A stretch of DNA of 55,190 nucleotides. Origin: Methanospirillum sp. (GTDB lineage Archaea > Halobacteriota > Methanomicrobia > Methanomicrobiales > Methanospirillaceae). Below are positions 47,712-55,190 of this stretch, piece by piece. The stretch lies in contig JBDKUZ010000007.1 of assembly GCA_039679395.1 (NCBI GenBank), positions 1 through 55,190 on the forward strand. The letters are read 5' to 3'. The notes under the pieces were generated by a model, which saw only the letters and a program-made list of their open reading frames with translations, searched no databases and was not told the origin of the DNA. The number at the start of each line of letters is the position of its first letter. Within the stretch, counting starts at the first letter, position 1. The position numbers and the translations under genes were made by a program.

Positions 47712-48333
47712 GGGCCGGGTATTTACGGGTGCCGATATTGTTGTACCATCGATAATCGAGAAGGGAACGACGGCGTTTGCAGTCGCCCGGGCGGGAGCGG
47801 GGGCGTGGCGATGAGAGCGATGTGCCGGCGATGACGGGCTCCTTAAGGGTATACCTCCTTGAGAAGAAGGTGCGGGAGGAATATTGGTGCATTTATTGAA
47901 GTTCATCGGCGTATGGAAGAGATTCAATGAAAGCGGCTAATCGAGCGGGCGGAGAACGACTGAGCGCGCTACCCCTTACACCACGGCCGTCTCTTCAGCC
48001 TCCACCACCCTTCTCGACCCCCACCGGCCGCACATCTCGCAGAGCCGGACCCCCAGCCCGACCACGCGGCCCGTTCGAGCCCGCAAAGCCCGCACCGCGA
48101 ACCGCCTCCGTCGCCGTGTCCGTGTCGAAGAAGGACCGTGGCGGGAGTCGGCCCGATCGTCCGCCAAATCGTCGACCCCCGATCGTCCGCACGTTCGCCG
48201 CTCTCCGGATACAATCGGCTACACTACCTCGATACGACAAAATCGAAATACATAAACCGGGCCCGGGCCGAGGAACTCTGCGGAACGGGACCGGTCCGGC
48301 GCCGGGGACCATCGGCCGAGACGGGAGTGCTGG

Positions 48334-49260
48334 ATGAGAGCGATCGTGTACGAGAGATACGGGCCGCCGGAGGTCCTCCAGCTGAGAGAGGTGGAGAAAC
48401 CCGTTCCCGAAGACAACGAACTGCTGATAAAGATCCACGCGACCACCGCGGCCGCGGGGGACTGGCGTATGCGAAAGGCGGACCCGGTCACCGCGCGGCT
48501 GTACAACGGTCTCCTGCGGCCGAAACGAGTGACCGTACTGGGGTTCGAGCTGGCCGGCGAGGTCGAGGCGGTCGGCGGCCGGGTACGGCGGTTTAAGGCC
48601 GGCGACCGGGTCTACGCATTTGCCGGTCTCGGTTTCGGCGCGTATGCCGAGTATATCTGCATCGCGGAAGAAGGAACCCTGAAAAGCGGGCTCGTCGCGA
48701 TACAACCGGCCAACCTGTCGTACGAACAGGCCGCCGCCGTCCCTGTCGGCGGGCTCACGGCGCTGCGGTTCCTGAAGAAAGGCGGCATCCGGGGCGGGCA
48801 GAAGGTCCTCATCTACGGTGCCTCAGGGAGTGTCGGCACATATGCGGTCCAGCTCGCCCGGCATTTCGGGGCGGACGTCACCGGGGTGTGCAGCACCGCG
48901 AACCTGGCGCTGGTGCGATCGCTGGGGGCCGGGACGGTCATCGATTACACCCGGGAAGACTTCACGAAGACGGGCCGGACATACGACCTCGTCTTCGACG
49001 CCGTCGGCAGGACGTCGCGCTGGCAGTGCAGGCACCTGCTCGGGAAAGGCGGGACCTTTCTCTCCACGAAAGGGTCGGCGACCGAAGATGTCGGGGACCT
49101 GGACTACCTCAGGGACCTGATCGAGGCCGGCGAGATACGGCCGGTCATCGACAGGTGCTATCCGCTGGAGCAGATCGTCGAGGCCCACCGGCACGTCGAA
49201 GCGGGGCACAAGCGAGGAAATGTCGTGATCACCGTGGCACGGGACGAGAAGGAGAGGTGA
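48334..49260 (+). CDS. medium-chain dehydrogenase/reductase (quinone oxidoreductase / zinc-ADH-like), NAD(P)-dependent
   Basis: ORF 48334..49260. It reads [41 protein letters not shown], and the C-terminal HKRGNVVI. Confidence 0.9.
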   Translation: MRAIVYERYGPPEVLQLREVEKPVPEDNELLIKIHATTAAAGDWRMRKADPVTARLYNGLLRPKRVTVLGFELAGEVEAVGGRVRRFKAGDRVYAFAGLGFGAYAEYICIAEEGTLKSGLVAIQPANLSYEQAAAVPVGGLTALRFLKKGGIRGGQKVLIYGASGSVGTYAVQLARHFGADVTGVCSTANLALVRSLGAGTVIDYTREDFTKTGRTYDLVFDAVGRTSRWQCRHLLGKGGTFLSTKGSATEDVGDLDYLRDLIEAGEIRPVIDRCYPLEQIVEAHRHVEAGHKRGNVVITVARDEKER

Positions 49261-49265
49261 AAAGA

Positions 49266-49787
49266 ATGGAAAAGGACGAGATCGAAACCGGAAGATCGGC
49301 GGCGTTGCGATCGCTCGTGGTCGTCTGCTCGTACCATCACGGGAATACGGAGAAGATCGCCCGCGCCATCGCGGAGGTGCTCGGCGCGCCGGTAACGACC
49401 CCGCAGCAGGCGACGCCCGAGAAGATCGCGGAGTGCGACCTGGTCGGTTTCGGCTCGGGGATCTACAGCGCGACAGTCCATCCATCCCTCCTCGACCTCG
49501 CCGACCGGCTTTCGCGGGCCGAGAACAAAAAAGCCTTCCTCTTCTCGACCTACGGGGCCCCCGCCGTCGCTGCGGGCGGGGATTTTGTTGCAAAGAACCA
49601 CTCGCGGATCCGGGAGAAGCTCCAGGCGAAGGGGTACGCGGTCATCGGCGAGTTCGGGTGCGCGGGGTGGAACACGAACAGTTTTCTGAAGTATTTCGGG
49701 GGGCTGAACAAAGGCCGGCCCGGCGCCGAAGACCTCGGACACGCGGAAGCGTTTGCCAGGGATATGATGGAGAAAGCCCGAGGATAG
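49266..49787 (+). CDS. flavodoxin-family protein
   Basis: This is the internal start MEKDEIETGRSAALRSLVVVCSYHHGNTEKIA of track ORF 48888..49787. It also reads LVGFGSGIY and FLFSTYG. Confidence 0.85.
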   Translation: MEKDEIETGRSAALRSLVVVCSYHHGNTEKIARAIAEVLGAPVTTPQQATPEKIAECDLVGFGSGIYSATVHPSLLDLADRLSRAENKKAFLFSTYGAPAVAAGGDFVAKNHSRIREKLQAKGYAVIGEFGCAGWNTNSFLKYFGGLNKGRPGAEDLGHAEAFARDMMEKARG

Positions 49788-50278
49788 GACGCGGAGCATG
49801 GGCGGACAAAGATACCGGGACCCGGCAATATCGGAGGTGAAATGACCGGCAAAACTGCAGGCGGATCGTTCGGCAAGCCGGTGACAGAACTCCGGAATGC
49901 ACTGCACTTTATCGTACCCATTATTTTTTCCTGGATAGGGTTTTCGAAAAAAATGCAAACCGCGATCAATTCATAAAACAGAAACGTTCCGGAATTGAAA
50001 TCGCCATTCGACGTACGTACGAATAGAATTTTCATCAGAAATAACCATTCCGAGATCCGGTCATCCCGATGTCCAACGACAGGATCTGAGGGTTAAAATC
50101 CCTCCCTCCAGACACCCACTCGAATAGCACCCACCTCGTCCGGTCCTCTAATATCCGCGACTCGATTCTGTTCTTTGTCATTCGTGGTGGTTCATACATC
50201 CGGGGTAGAGGATCGAGAGAGACCTAGAGGCTCGATTGAACAGAAAACAGATCGACCTTTATAAGATCGACTTTCACG

Positions 50279-50485
50279 ATGTCAGTTTACACCACAGTTA
50301 CCATCCCGGTTGCGGTAAGCGTTTTCCCCGATGAGATCTATGCGGCCCCGCGGAGCTGGACCGAGAAAGCCTACCCCAAGCTGATCCACTATAACCGACT
50401 CCCGAAAGGCGGACACTTCGCGGCGTGGGAACAGCCGGAACTGTTCGCCGCCGAGATCCGGGCGGCGTTCAGATCACTGCGCTAA
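50279..50485 (+). pseudogene. C-terminal ~65-aa fragment of an epoxide hydrolase (alpha/beta hydrolase)
   Basis: ORF 50279..50485. IPVAVSVFPDEIYAAPRSWTEKAYPKLIHYNRLPKGGHFAAWEQPELFAAEIRAAFRSLR matches the conserved tail (catalytic His in GGHFAA) of microbial epoxide hydrolases. The ~320 upstream residues are missing and there are stops just upstream. Confidence 0.6.
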
Positions 50486-50587
50486 TGTATCGGGTCCATC
50501 ATTTTTCGAGTCCCACGACGCAGCATCAAATTCATTTTAGGGTTGGTGTCATCGTAACCACCGGCTCCTACCATTCGGGAGGGGTTC

Positions 50588-50770
50588 ATGTCCCGACTTT
50601 TCTGCCAACGATGCCGCTGCACGAAGCTGTACCGACCGGGCACCGGGAAACGTCGCTGTTCACAATGTCGCTATGACTTCACTCCTCACCCACCCCCCTG
50701 TACCTGACGCGCGATCGATGGAAAGAGCTCATCACCTGGTTCCCCCCTGAACGGCGTGGCCGGACGACAT
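50588..50770 (+). mobile_element. frameshifted N-terminal zinc-ribbon fragment of an IS-type transposase (IS1595/IS1-like, tentative)
   Basis: ATG 50588 opens MSRLFCQRCRCTKLYRPGTGKRRCSQCRYDFTPHPPP and stops at 50705. After a C6 run, the +1 frame continues LYLTRDRWKELITWF. The CxxC..x16..CxxC head plus a following helical segment is typical of transposase N-termini. No DDE body is present. Confidence 0.4.
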
Positions 50771-51053
50771 CGCCGATGTCGATCCGGATCGCCCCGGTGC
50801 AGTCGAGGACAGAGAGCGACTCGTCCGCGGCGATCCGACCCCTCGGGCCGAAGTACATGACGACACCGGCGAAGTCGCGGCGCCGTTGCCATCGATCTCG
50901 TCGTACAGCCCGTCGGCGTTCGTCTCCGCCGGCAGGCAGGAACCCGCCGGGCAGGGCGCGCCGTCGGGATCGCGCCGAGGATCCCGGTCGTCCCGGACGC
51001 TCGTTCGATACCATTCCGAATTGCTGTCGGCCATTGTAGTCGCCGGCATACAT
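50679..51053 (-). pseudogene. frameshifted dockerin/EF-hand-like surface-protein tail
   Basis: Two minus frames (50732..51049 and 50679..51053) join as ...PAETNADGLYDEIDGNG / RRDFAGVVMYF....IAADESLSVLDCTGAIRIDIGDVV. This is a doubled DxNGNGxxDFxDVV motif. It has no N-terminal body and abuts the transposase fragment. Confidence 0.4.
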
Positions 51054-51257
51054 TTATTTTTAAATAAACCGATGGCAGAACGCCTCTACTCTGTGGGTCC
51101 TGACCATATCCGAAGCCGGAGGTGCTTCGTCTTCTACCGCGGATCGGGGGCGGGTGCGGATGCCCGAGCGGCAGCGAGATCGCCCCCTGTCGGCACCGCA
51201 TTCTGCGTGACGACCGCCGCCGAGGCCCGGGACGGGTGCTCGGCCAGGGAGAGATCC

Positions 51258-52928
51258 ATGACACGGAAGTACCTGTTCTATCTGGCGTTTGCCATGATCG
51301 TGATCAGCCTCACAGGCGTCCTGCCGGTGGCCGCCGCCGGCATCTCGGACGTGAGCCCCCGGGAGGGGACCGTGGGCTCCGCGGTGACCATCTCCGGTTC
51401 AGGCTTCGGCGCGAAGACGGGGGAGGTCCTGCTGGGGAGCGAGAAATGCAGAGTGCAGGACTGGAGCGACACCCGGATCGTGTGCACCGTATCGAAACCG
51501 CAGTCCCCCGGGGACTACACCGTCACGGTCCTGGCCCAGGGAAGCAAGAAGCCCGCGGAGCCGATGACGTTCTCCTCGTTCGCCATCCGGGAGCCGGAGA
51601 TCGCGCCGGGGACCCTGACCAGGGACGGCGACACGGTCACGATCGCGGGGGCGTTCTTCGGCGACAAAAAGGGGGACATCCGGCTGGCGTACTATGACGG
51701 CGGGCTCGTGACGGACACTCCCGGGATCCTGGACTGGAGCATGAACGCCGTCCGCTTCAGGCTCCCCCAGGGGCTGACCGGGAGGTTCGCCCTGAAGGTC
51801 GAGAACGATGTCGGGGCGGACTACGCGCTCTTCGATCTCGCCAACAACCCGCCGGTGGTGGGATCGATCCCCGATCCCACGGGATACGGCGGGTACCATT
51901 CCAGTGCGAACGCCAGGGGGATCGCCTACAACGGCCGGATGTACGTCTTCTCCCTCTGGTTCAAGGACAACCCCTCGTTCAGCGAGCGCGACAACCAGTA
52001 TCTCATCCAGGTCCGGACGTTCAAGGACCACCAGCTCTCGGGCGCCCAGACCCTGTGGGGAGGGAAGTCCGAGGCCGAACCCGTGCCGCTGATCGTCCAG
52101 TACCCCGACGGCGGGCCGCAGAAGATGTTCGTCTTCGTGACGGGCCGGAACGGGAACATCTACTTCACGCGGCTGAACGGCGACGTCTGGGAGGACGCCG
52201 ACTGGATAAAGATCGTCGATGTCGCGACGGGCGGGGTCCCCACGACCAGCGAGAACACCTACGAGGTGGCGCCGGTGTACGACCCGGCGAACCACCGGCT
52301 CTACGTCTACTACGCGAAGGACTACAACGATTACCTCCACTGGGCGTACAGCGACGACTTCGGGAACACCTGGCACGCCATGGGGACAGTCCAGAATGCG
52401 CCCGTGGTGCGGTCCGCGCCGAGTGCCGTGCTCTTCAACGACGGGTCCGGCAGTGTCGCGCTCCTGGCGGCCAAGGATTCCAACCAGAAGATCAGGCTCT
52501 TCCACATGGGCCAGGGCTGGGCCATCAGGACAGAGGTCCTGGCGACTACGGACGACGTGGGTGGCCAGGGGAGGCCGTTCCTGGCGGACCTCGGCCCCGA
52601 CGGCATCGCGGTGATCTACGGGGAGCACCAGAAGGCGTCGGGCAGCATCTACGAGCAGTATTATGTGCCCCACATCAGGAAGCTGGACCCGTCGACGGGC
52701 GTATGGGGTGCGGAGTACCAGCCGATGTCGCTGCCTGACGTCTTCGGGGTCGGCCGGGAGTACCAGTTCGAATGGCAGCCCAACGGGGCGATCAACTACG
52801 AGCCGAACGACAGCGGCGGGTACGACCGCGTCTTCTACCTCTTCTTCGGATACCGCCTGATCCTCTGGTCCGACGGCGAGGACGGCCCATGGTGGGAGTT
52901 TGCCGCCGTCGAGAACCTGGGCCCCTGA
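51258..52928 (+). CDS. secreted protein with two IPT/TIG domains and a BNR/sialidase-like beta-propeller
   Basis: This is the internal start MTRKYLFYLAFAMIVISLTGVLPVAAA of ORF 50886..52928. The IPT domain reads ISDVSPREGTVGSAVTISGSGFGAKTGEVLLG...RIVCTV. A second IPT-like unit follows. The Asp-box is YSDDFGNTW. Confidence 0.85.
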   Translation: MTRKYLFYLAFAMIVISLTGVLPVAAAGISDVSPREGTVGSAVTISGSGFGAKTGEVLLGSEKCRVQDWSDTRIVCTVSKPQSPGDYTVTVLAQGSKKPAEPMTFSSFAIREPEIAPGTLTRDGDTVTIAGAFFGDKKGDIRLAYYDGGLVTDTPGILDWSMNAVRFRLPQGLTGRFALKVENDVGADYALFDLANNPPVVGSIPDPTGYGGYHSSANARGIAYNGRMYVFSLWFKDNPSFSERDNQYLIQVRTFKDHQLSGAQTLWGGKSEAEPVPLIVQYPDGGPQKMFVFVTGRNGNIYFTRLNGDVWEDADWIKIVDVATGGVPTTSENTYEVAPVYDPANHRLYVYYAKDYNDYLHWAYSDDFGNTWHAMGTVQNAPVVRSAPSAVLFNDGSGSVALLAAKDSNQKIRLFHMGQGWAIRTEVLATTDDVGGQGRPFLADLGPDGIAVIYGEHQKASGSIYEQYYVPHIRKLDPSTGVWGAEYQPMSLPDVFGVGREYQFEWQPNGAINYEPNDSGGYDRVFYLFFGYRLILWSDGEDGPWWEFAAVENLGP

Positions 52929-52966
52929 TGGGGTGGGCCCCTGACGGGGCGGGGTCCTGACGGGGG
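52919..52966 (+). repeat. three tandem 16-bp repeats spanning the stop codon of the IPT/BNR gene
   Basis: The units are gggcccctgatggggt / gggcccctgacggggc / ggggtcctgacggggg. Each carries a TGA (52926, 52942, 52958), and because the period is 16 nt the three TGAs fall in all three plus-strand frames. Confidence 0.6.
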
Positions 52967-52991
52967 CGGCCCCCCTCAGGGCCATCTTTTT
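52956..52991 (+). terminator. GC hairpin plus T5 tract downstream of the IPT/BNR gene
   Basis: CCTGA-c-GGGGG cgg CCCCC-c-TCAGG (5+5 bp with one mismatch, 52956-52980), followed by T5 at 52987-52991. Confidence 0.45.
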
Positions 52992-53049
52992 CCGATCCTC
53001 GACAGTGAGGGCCGGCGCCACGGGGCGCGGGTCGCCGGCAGGGCGAGCC

Positions 53050-54170
53050 TGATGAGATCGCGATCGTCGCGGCGGCCCGGCCCGCTGCTCGCGCCGCACG
53101 GCCGCGCCGTAGCAGCGTCGGCAGAGCCGGCCTTCGCCGCCGCGCTTCTCCCGGTAGGACGACGGCTTCCCGCCGCAGGCCGAGCATCGCTCGAAGGCCG
53201 GGCCGTCGAGCGCGATGAAGGAATGCGGGTCGAGCGAGTGACAACGTTGCAACTTTGAAAGGGCAGTTGTCACCGTGGTTGTCACATCGGTTGTCACTTC
53301 ATTCGCGGCCGCATCGGCGTCAGATACGCCGTTCCGATTATTTGGTACGAGATCGTACATCTCAGTGACAACTTTTCCGGAGACAGTCCGCACGTCCGGC
53401 ATCGCCTCTCCCACCGTCGCCGTCTCTCTGTTCTCCGAAAAGTTGTCACTTGTTTTTTCGCCGGCGGCGGAACGGGCATCTTTCTCCGTTTCGTGGCCTG
53501 ATTGCCCCGGATTCTGAGTTACAACCGGTGTGACAACCATGTGACAACCATCGTCATCATTGCAACTATCATCGTCGCGGCTCCGGCGATCGTCCGCGAG
53601 CCAGGCGAGACCGGAGGCGCAGGACTCCCGGTGCCGCTCCTCGTCGAAGAGGAAGACGAACTGCCGCTGCTTGACGCTGTGCCCGTTCTCGTCGTCCTCC
53701 GTTGTCGTGGTATCGAGAACGGAGAGCGCCGGGGATTTGTCGAGCAAGCCCGGGTACTGCATCCCCCGCGCGAACCGGCCGACGAGCAGCCGGCGGACCT
53801 TCTGATACGACCACCCGGTCCACTGCTGCACATGGCGGAGGGTGAACTGCTCCACCCCGTTCCGCGCCGCGAGCGAGAGGACGAACTCCTCGTTCCGGTC
53901 CACCTTCTCCCCCAGCGATCCGCCGCCGCCGTGAAGCTCGGAAAAGAGCCGCGCCGCGTACCGGAAATCGTCCTCCGTCGCCGTCACCAGCAGCCCGTCG
54001 TCCCCGAGCCGCTCGCACGCGCGCTGGAAGCGGCGGACGAGCGCGTGGCCGGCGACGAGGTCGAGGAGGACCTCGGGGGTGCGGCGGTTGCGGACCGAGG
54101 CCATGCGGATGCGGCCGGCGAACGGGATGTCGACGTGGACCAGGCCGTCGGCCCGGAGCAGGCGCCACAT
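53050..54170 (-). pseudogene. orphan winged-helix + zinc-ribbon ORF, apparently 5'-truncated and lacking its own stop codon (mobile-element replication/regulatory gene remnant?)
   Basis: This is the upstream third of track ORF 51399..54170. It reads MWRLLRADGLVHVDIPFAGR...FTLRHVQQWTGWSYQKVRRLLVGRF (wHTH-like), then an acidic/Thr-rich linker, then CHSLDPH...CSACGG...CRRCYG. An in-frame stop lies 29 codons upstream of the ATG. Downstream, the frame runs antisense through the whole IPT/BNR gene, so the 3' limit is arbitrary. Confidence 0.4.
53238..53548. repeat. iteron-like array: 8 perfect + 1 variant copies of GTTGTCAC / GTGACAAC in near-dyad arrangement
   Basis: Plus-orientation GTTGTCAC copies lie at 53266, 53278, 53290 and 53442. 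Reverse-orientation GTGACAAC copies lie at 53238, 53365, 53530 and 53541, with a GTTACAAC variant at 53518. The two triplets have 11-12-nt periods and face each other. The inner gaps are 67, 69 and 68 nt. Confidence 0.8.
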
Positions 54171-54303
54171 CTCGCGGCAGATGGCGAGGTCGATGCCATC
54201 GGTCGCGCCGCCGCGTCCGTCGATCCCGGATAGCCCGGCCCTGTCGGTGACCGCTCCGAATCAAATCGAACAGGTTATCGTCGCAGCCGTTCCGATCAGG
54301 GGT

Positions 54304-54786
54304 ATGCGGACCATCATCGTCTATCACTCCCACTCCGGGCACACGCGCGCCCTTGCCGAACGGATTCGCGACGGCGTCGGCGGCGACCTCGTCGAGGTGA
54401 AGCCGCGGACACCCTACGGGCTACTCTCGGTGTACACGACCGGGGGCCGCCGCGCCGGCAAGGGGGAGGCCGACGCGATCGAGCCTGCCGCGATCGACGT
54501 CTCGGCGTACGACCGGATCGTGATCGGCACCCCCGTCTGGGGGGGCCGCCCGACTCCCGTGATCAACGGCGCCGTGGCCGCCCTCCAGGGCGCCGAGGGA
54601 AAGAGCGCCGTCCTCTTCGCCACGTGCGGGGCCAGGCCCGGCGAGACGCTTCCCGCGCTCCGCGCGGCGCTCGCTGCACGGGGCGTCGAGGTGGTCGGGG
54701 AGTTCTCGTTCACGAAAAAAGAGCTCGGCGATACAGCCAGGGTCACCGCCCTGGTCGAGGCCGTGCGCGGGACGAAGACCGGGTGA
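54304..54786 (+). CDS. flavodoxin-family protein
   Basis: This is the internal start MRTIIVYHSHSGHTRALAERI of ORF 54079..54786. It also reads IVIGTPVWGGRP and VLFATCG. Confidence 0.85.
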   Translation: MRTIIVYHSHSGHTRALAERIRDGVGGDLVEVKPRTPYGLLSVYTTGGRRAGKGEADAIEPAAIDVSAYDRIVIGTPVWGGRPTPVINGAVAALQGAEGKSAVLFATCGARPGETLPALRAALAARGVEVVGEFSFTKKELGDTARVTALVEAVRGTKTG

Positions 54787-54831
54787 GGGGCCGGCGATCC
54801 GGTCCGGCGGGTGGGGCGTGTCGCCGGCCGC

Positions 54832-55190
54832 TCACGGCGATCGGCTCCGGGCCGCGTCGCCGGGGTCGGACGTCGCGGGGGCTTCCCCCGACGACTCGCG
54901 CGATCTTTTGAGAGAGTACCCCGCGAGGAGGAGCAACACCCCGACGATCGGCATGATCAGGAGCACGTACAGGAGCAGTACGGGGTCGTCTGAAGACCGT
55001 ACCGGGATTCTGTGCAGCGCGTCTCCCATCTTCGCCAGGTTCTGAACGATGGACGGGAGCGCGAGAGCGCCGAGCAGCCCGGCTATGATCGCAAGCGGTC
55101 CCGCGTGCTCCACGTCGGACAGGAGCAACCCGACCAGCAGCACGGCGACGGCGAGGGGGAGGGAGAGGTAGAGCGCGTTCGCGAGATACG
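54832..55190 (-). CDS. membrane protein, C-terminal part (continues past the right edge)
   Basis: ORF 54832..55143 stays open to the window end (..YLANALYLSLPLAVAVLLVGLLLSD..). It has three hydrophobic helices and a charged tail. Confidence 0.55.
   Translation of the reverse strand, partial: YLANALYLSLPLAVAVLLVGLLLSDVEHAGPLAIIAGLLGALALPSIVQNLAKMGDALHRIPVRSSDDPVLLLYVLLIMPIVGVLLLLAGYSLKRSRESSGEAPATSDPGDAARSRSP

Noticed and set aside
47928-48333. 400-bp spacer upstream of the MDR oxidoreductase gene with ORFs 47927..48337, 47969..48214, 47976..48167 and 47995..48705.
   Set aside because: All are low-complexity Arg/Gly/Pro frames and no motif was seen. The region is probably a long divergent promoter/5' UTR. 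No RNA family was recognised by eye.

Overview
High-GC (about two-thirds G+C by eye) archaeal chromosome segment, most likely from a Methanomicrobiales-type methanogen. This is inferred from an AtwA-like ABC ATPase, an FmdE-like protein, RadB, CDC48, an iron-sulfur flavoprotein and oligo-T terminators. I support about 45 protein genes. No rRNA, tRNA or CRISPR array was seen by eye. Main blocks: (i) 442-5745, a tightly coupled cluster of metallocluster-handling genes of unknown role (DUF134, DUF5320, two NifX-like proteins, a ferredoxin, two MinD-ferredoxin fusions, Mrp/NBP35). (ii) 7.5-8.4 kb, an AT-rich island holding a histidine-kinase remnant and a duplicated ~92-nt leader element. (iii) Housekeeping and envelope genes: GNAT, thioesterase, TPR proteins, an RCC1/PKD surface protein, MerR, radB, larC, cdc48. 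(iv) An 8.8-kb gene for a cyclic beta-1,2-glucan synthase-like giant (GT84+GH94). (v) A CBM6-multicopper oxidase and a TetR-controlled flavoprotein operon. (vi) 49.8-51.3 kb, a stretch of gene fragments (epoxide hydrolase tail, transposase zinc-ribbon head, dockerin-like piece). (vii) 52.9-54.2 kb, a likely mobile-element remnant. The strongest unexplained signal is in (vii): nine copies of the 8-mer GTTGTCAC, in both orientations and in near-dyad symmetry, within 311 bp next to a truncated winged-helix/zinc-ribbon ORF. All protein calls come from reading motifs in the supplied translations. No database search was possible. Internal start coordinates were derived arithmetically from the ORF track. 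Many long ORFs in the track are antisense artefacts of the high GC content and were discarded.
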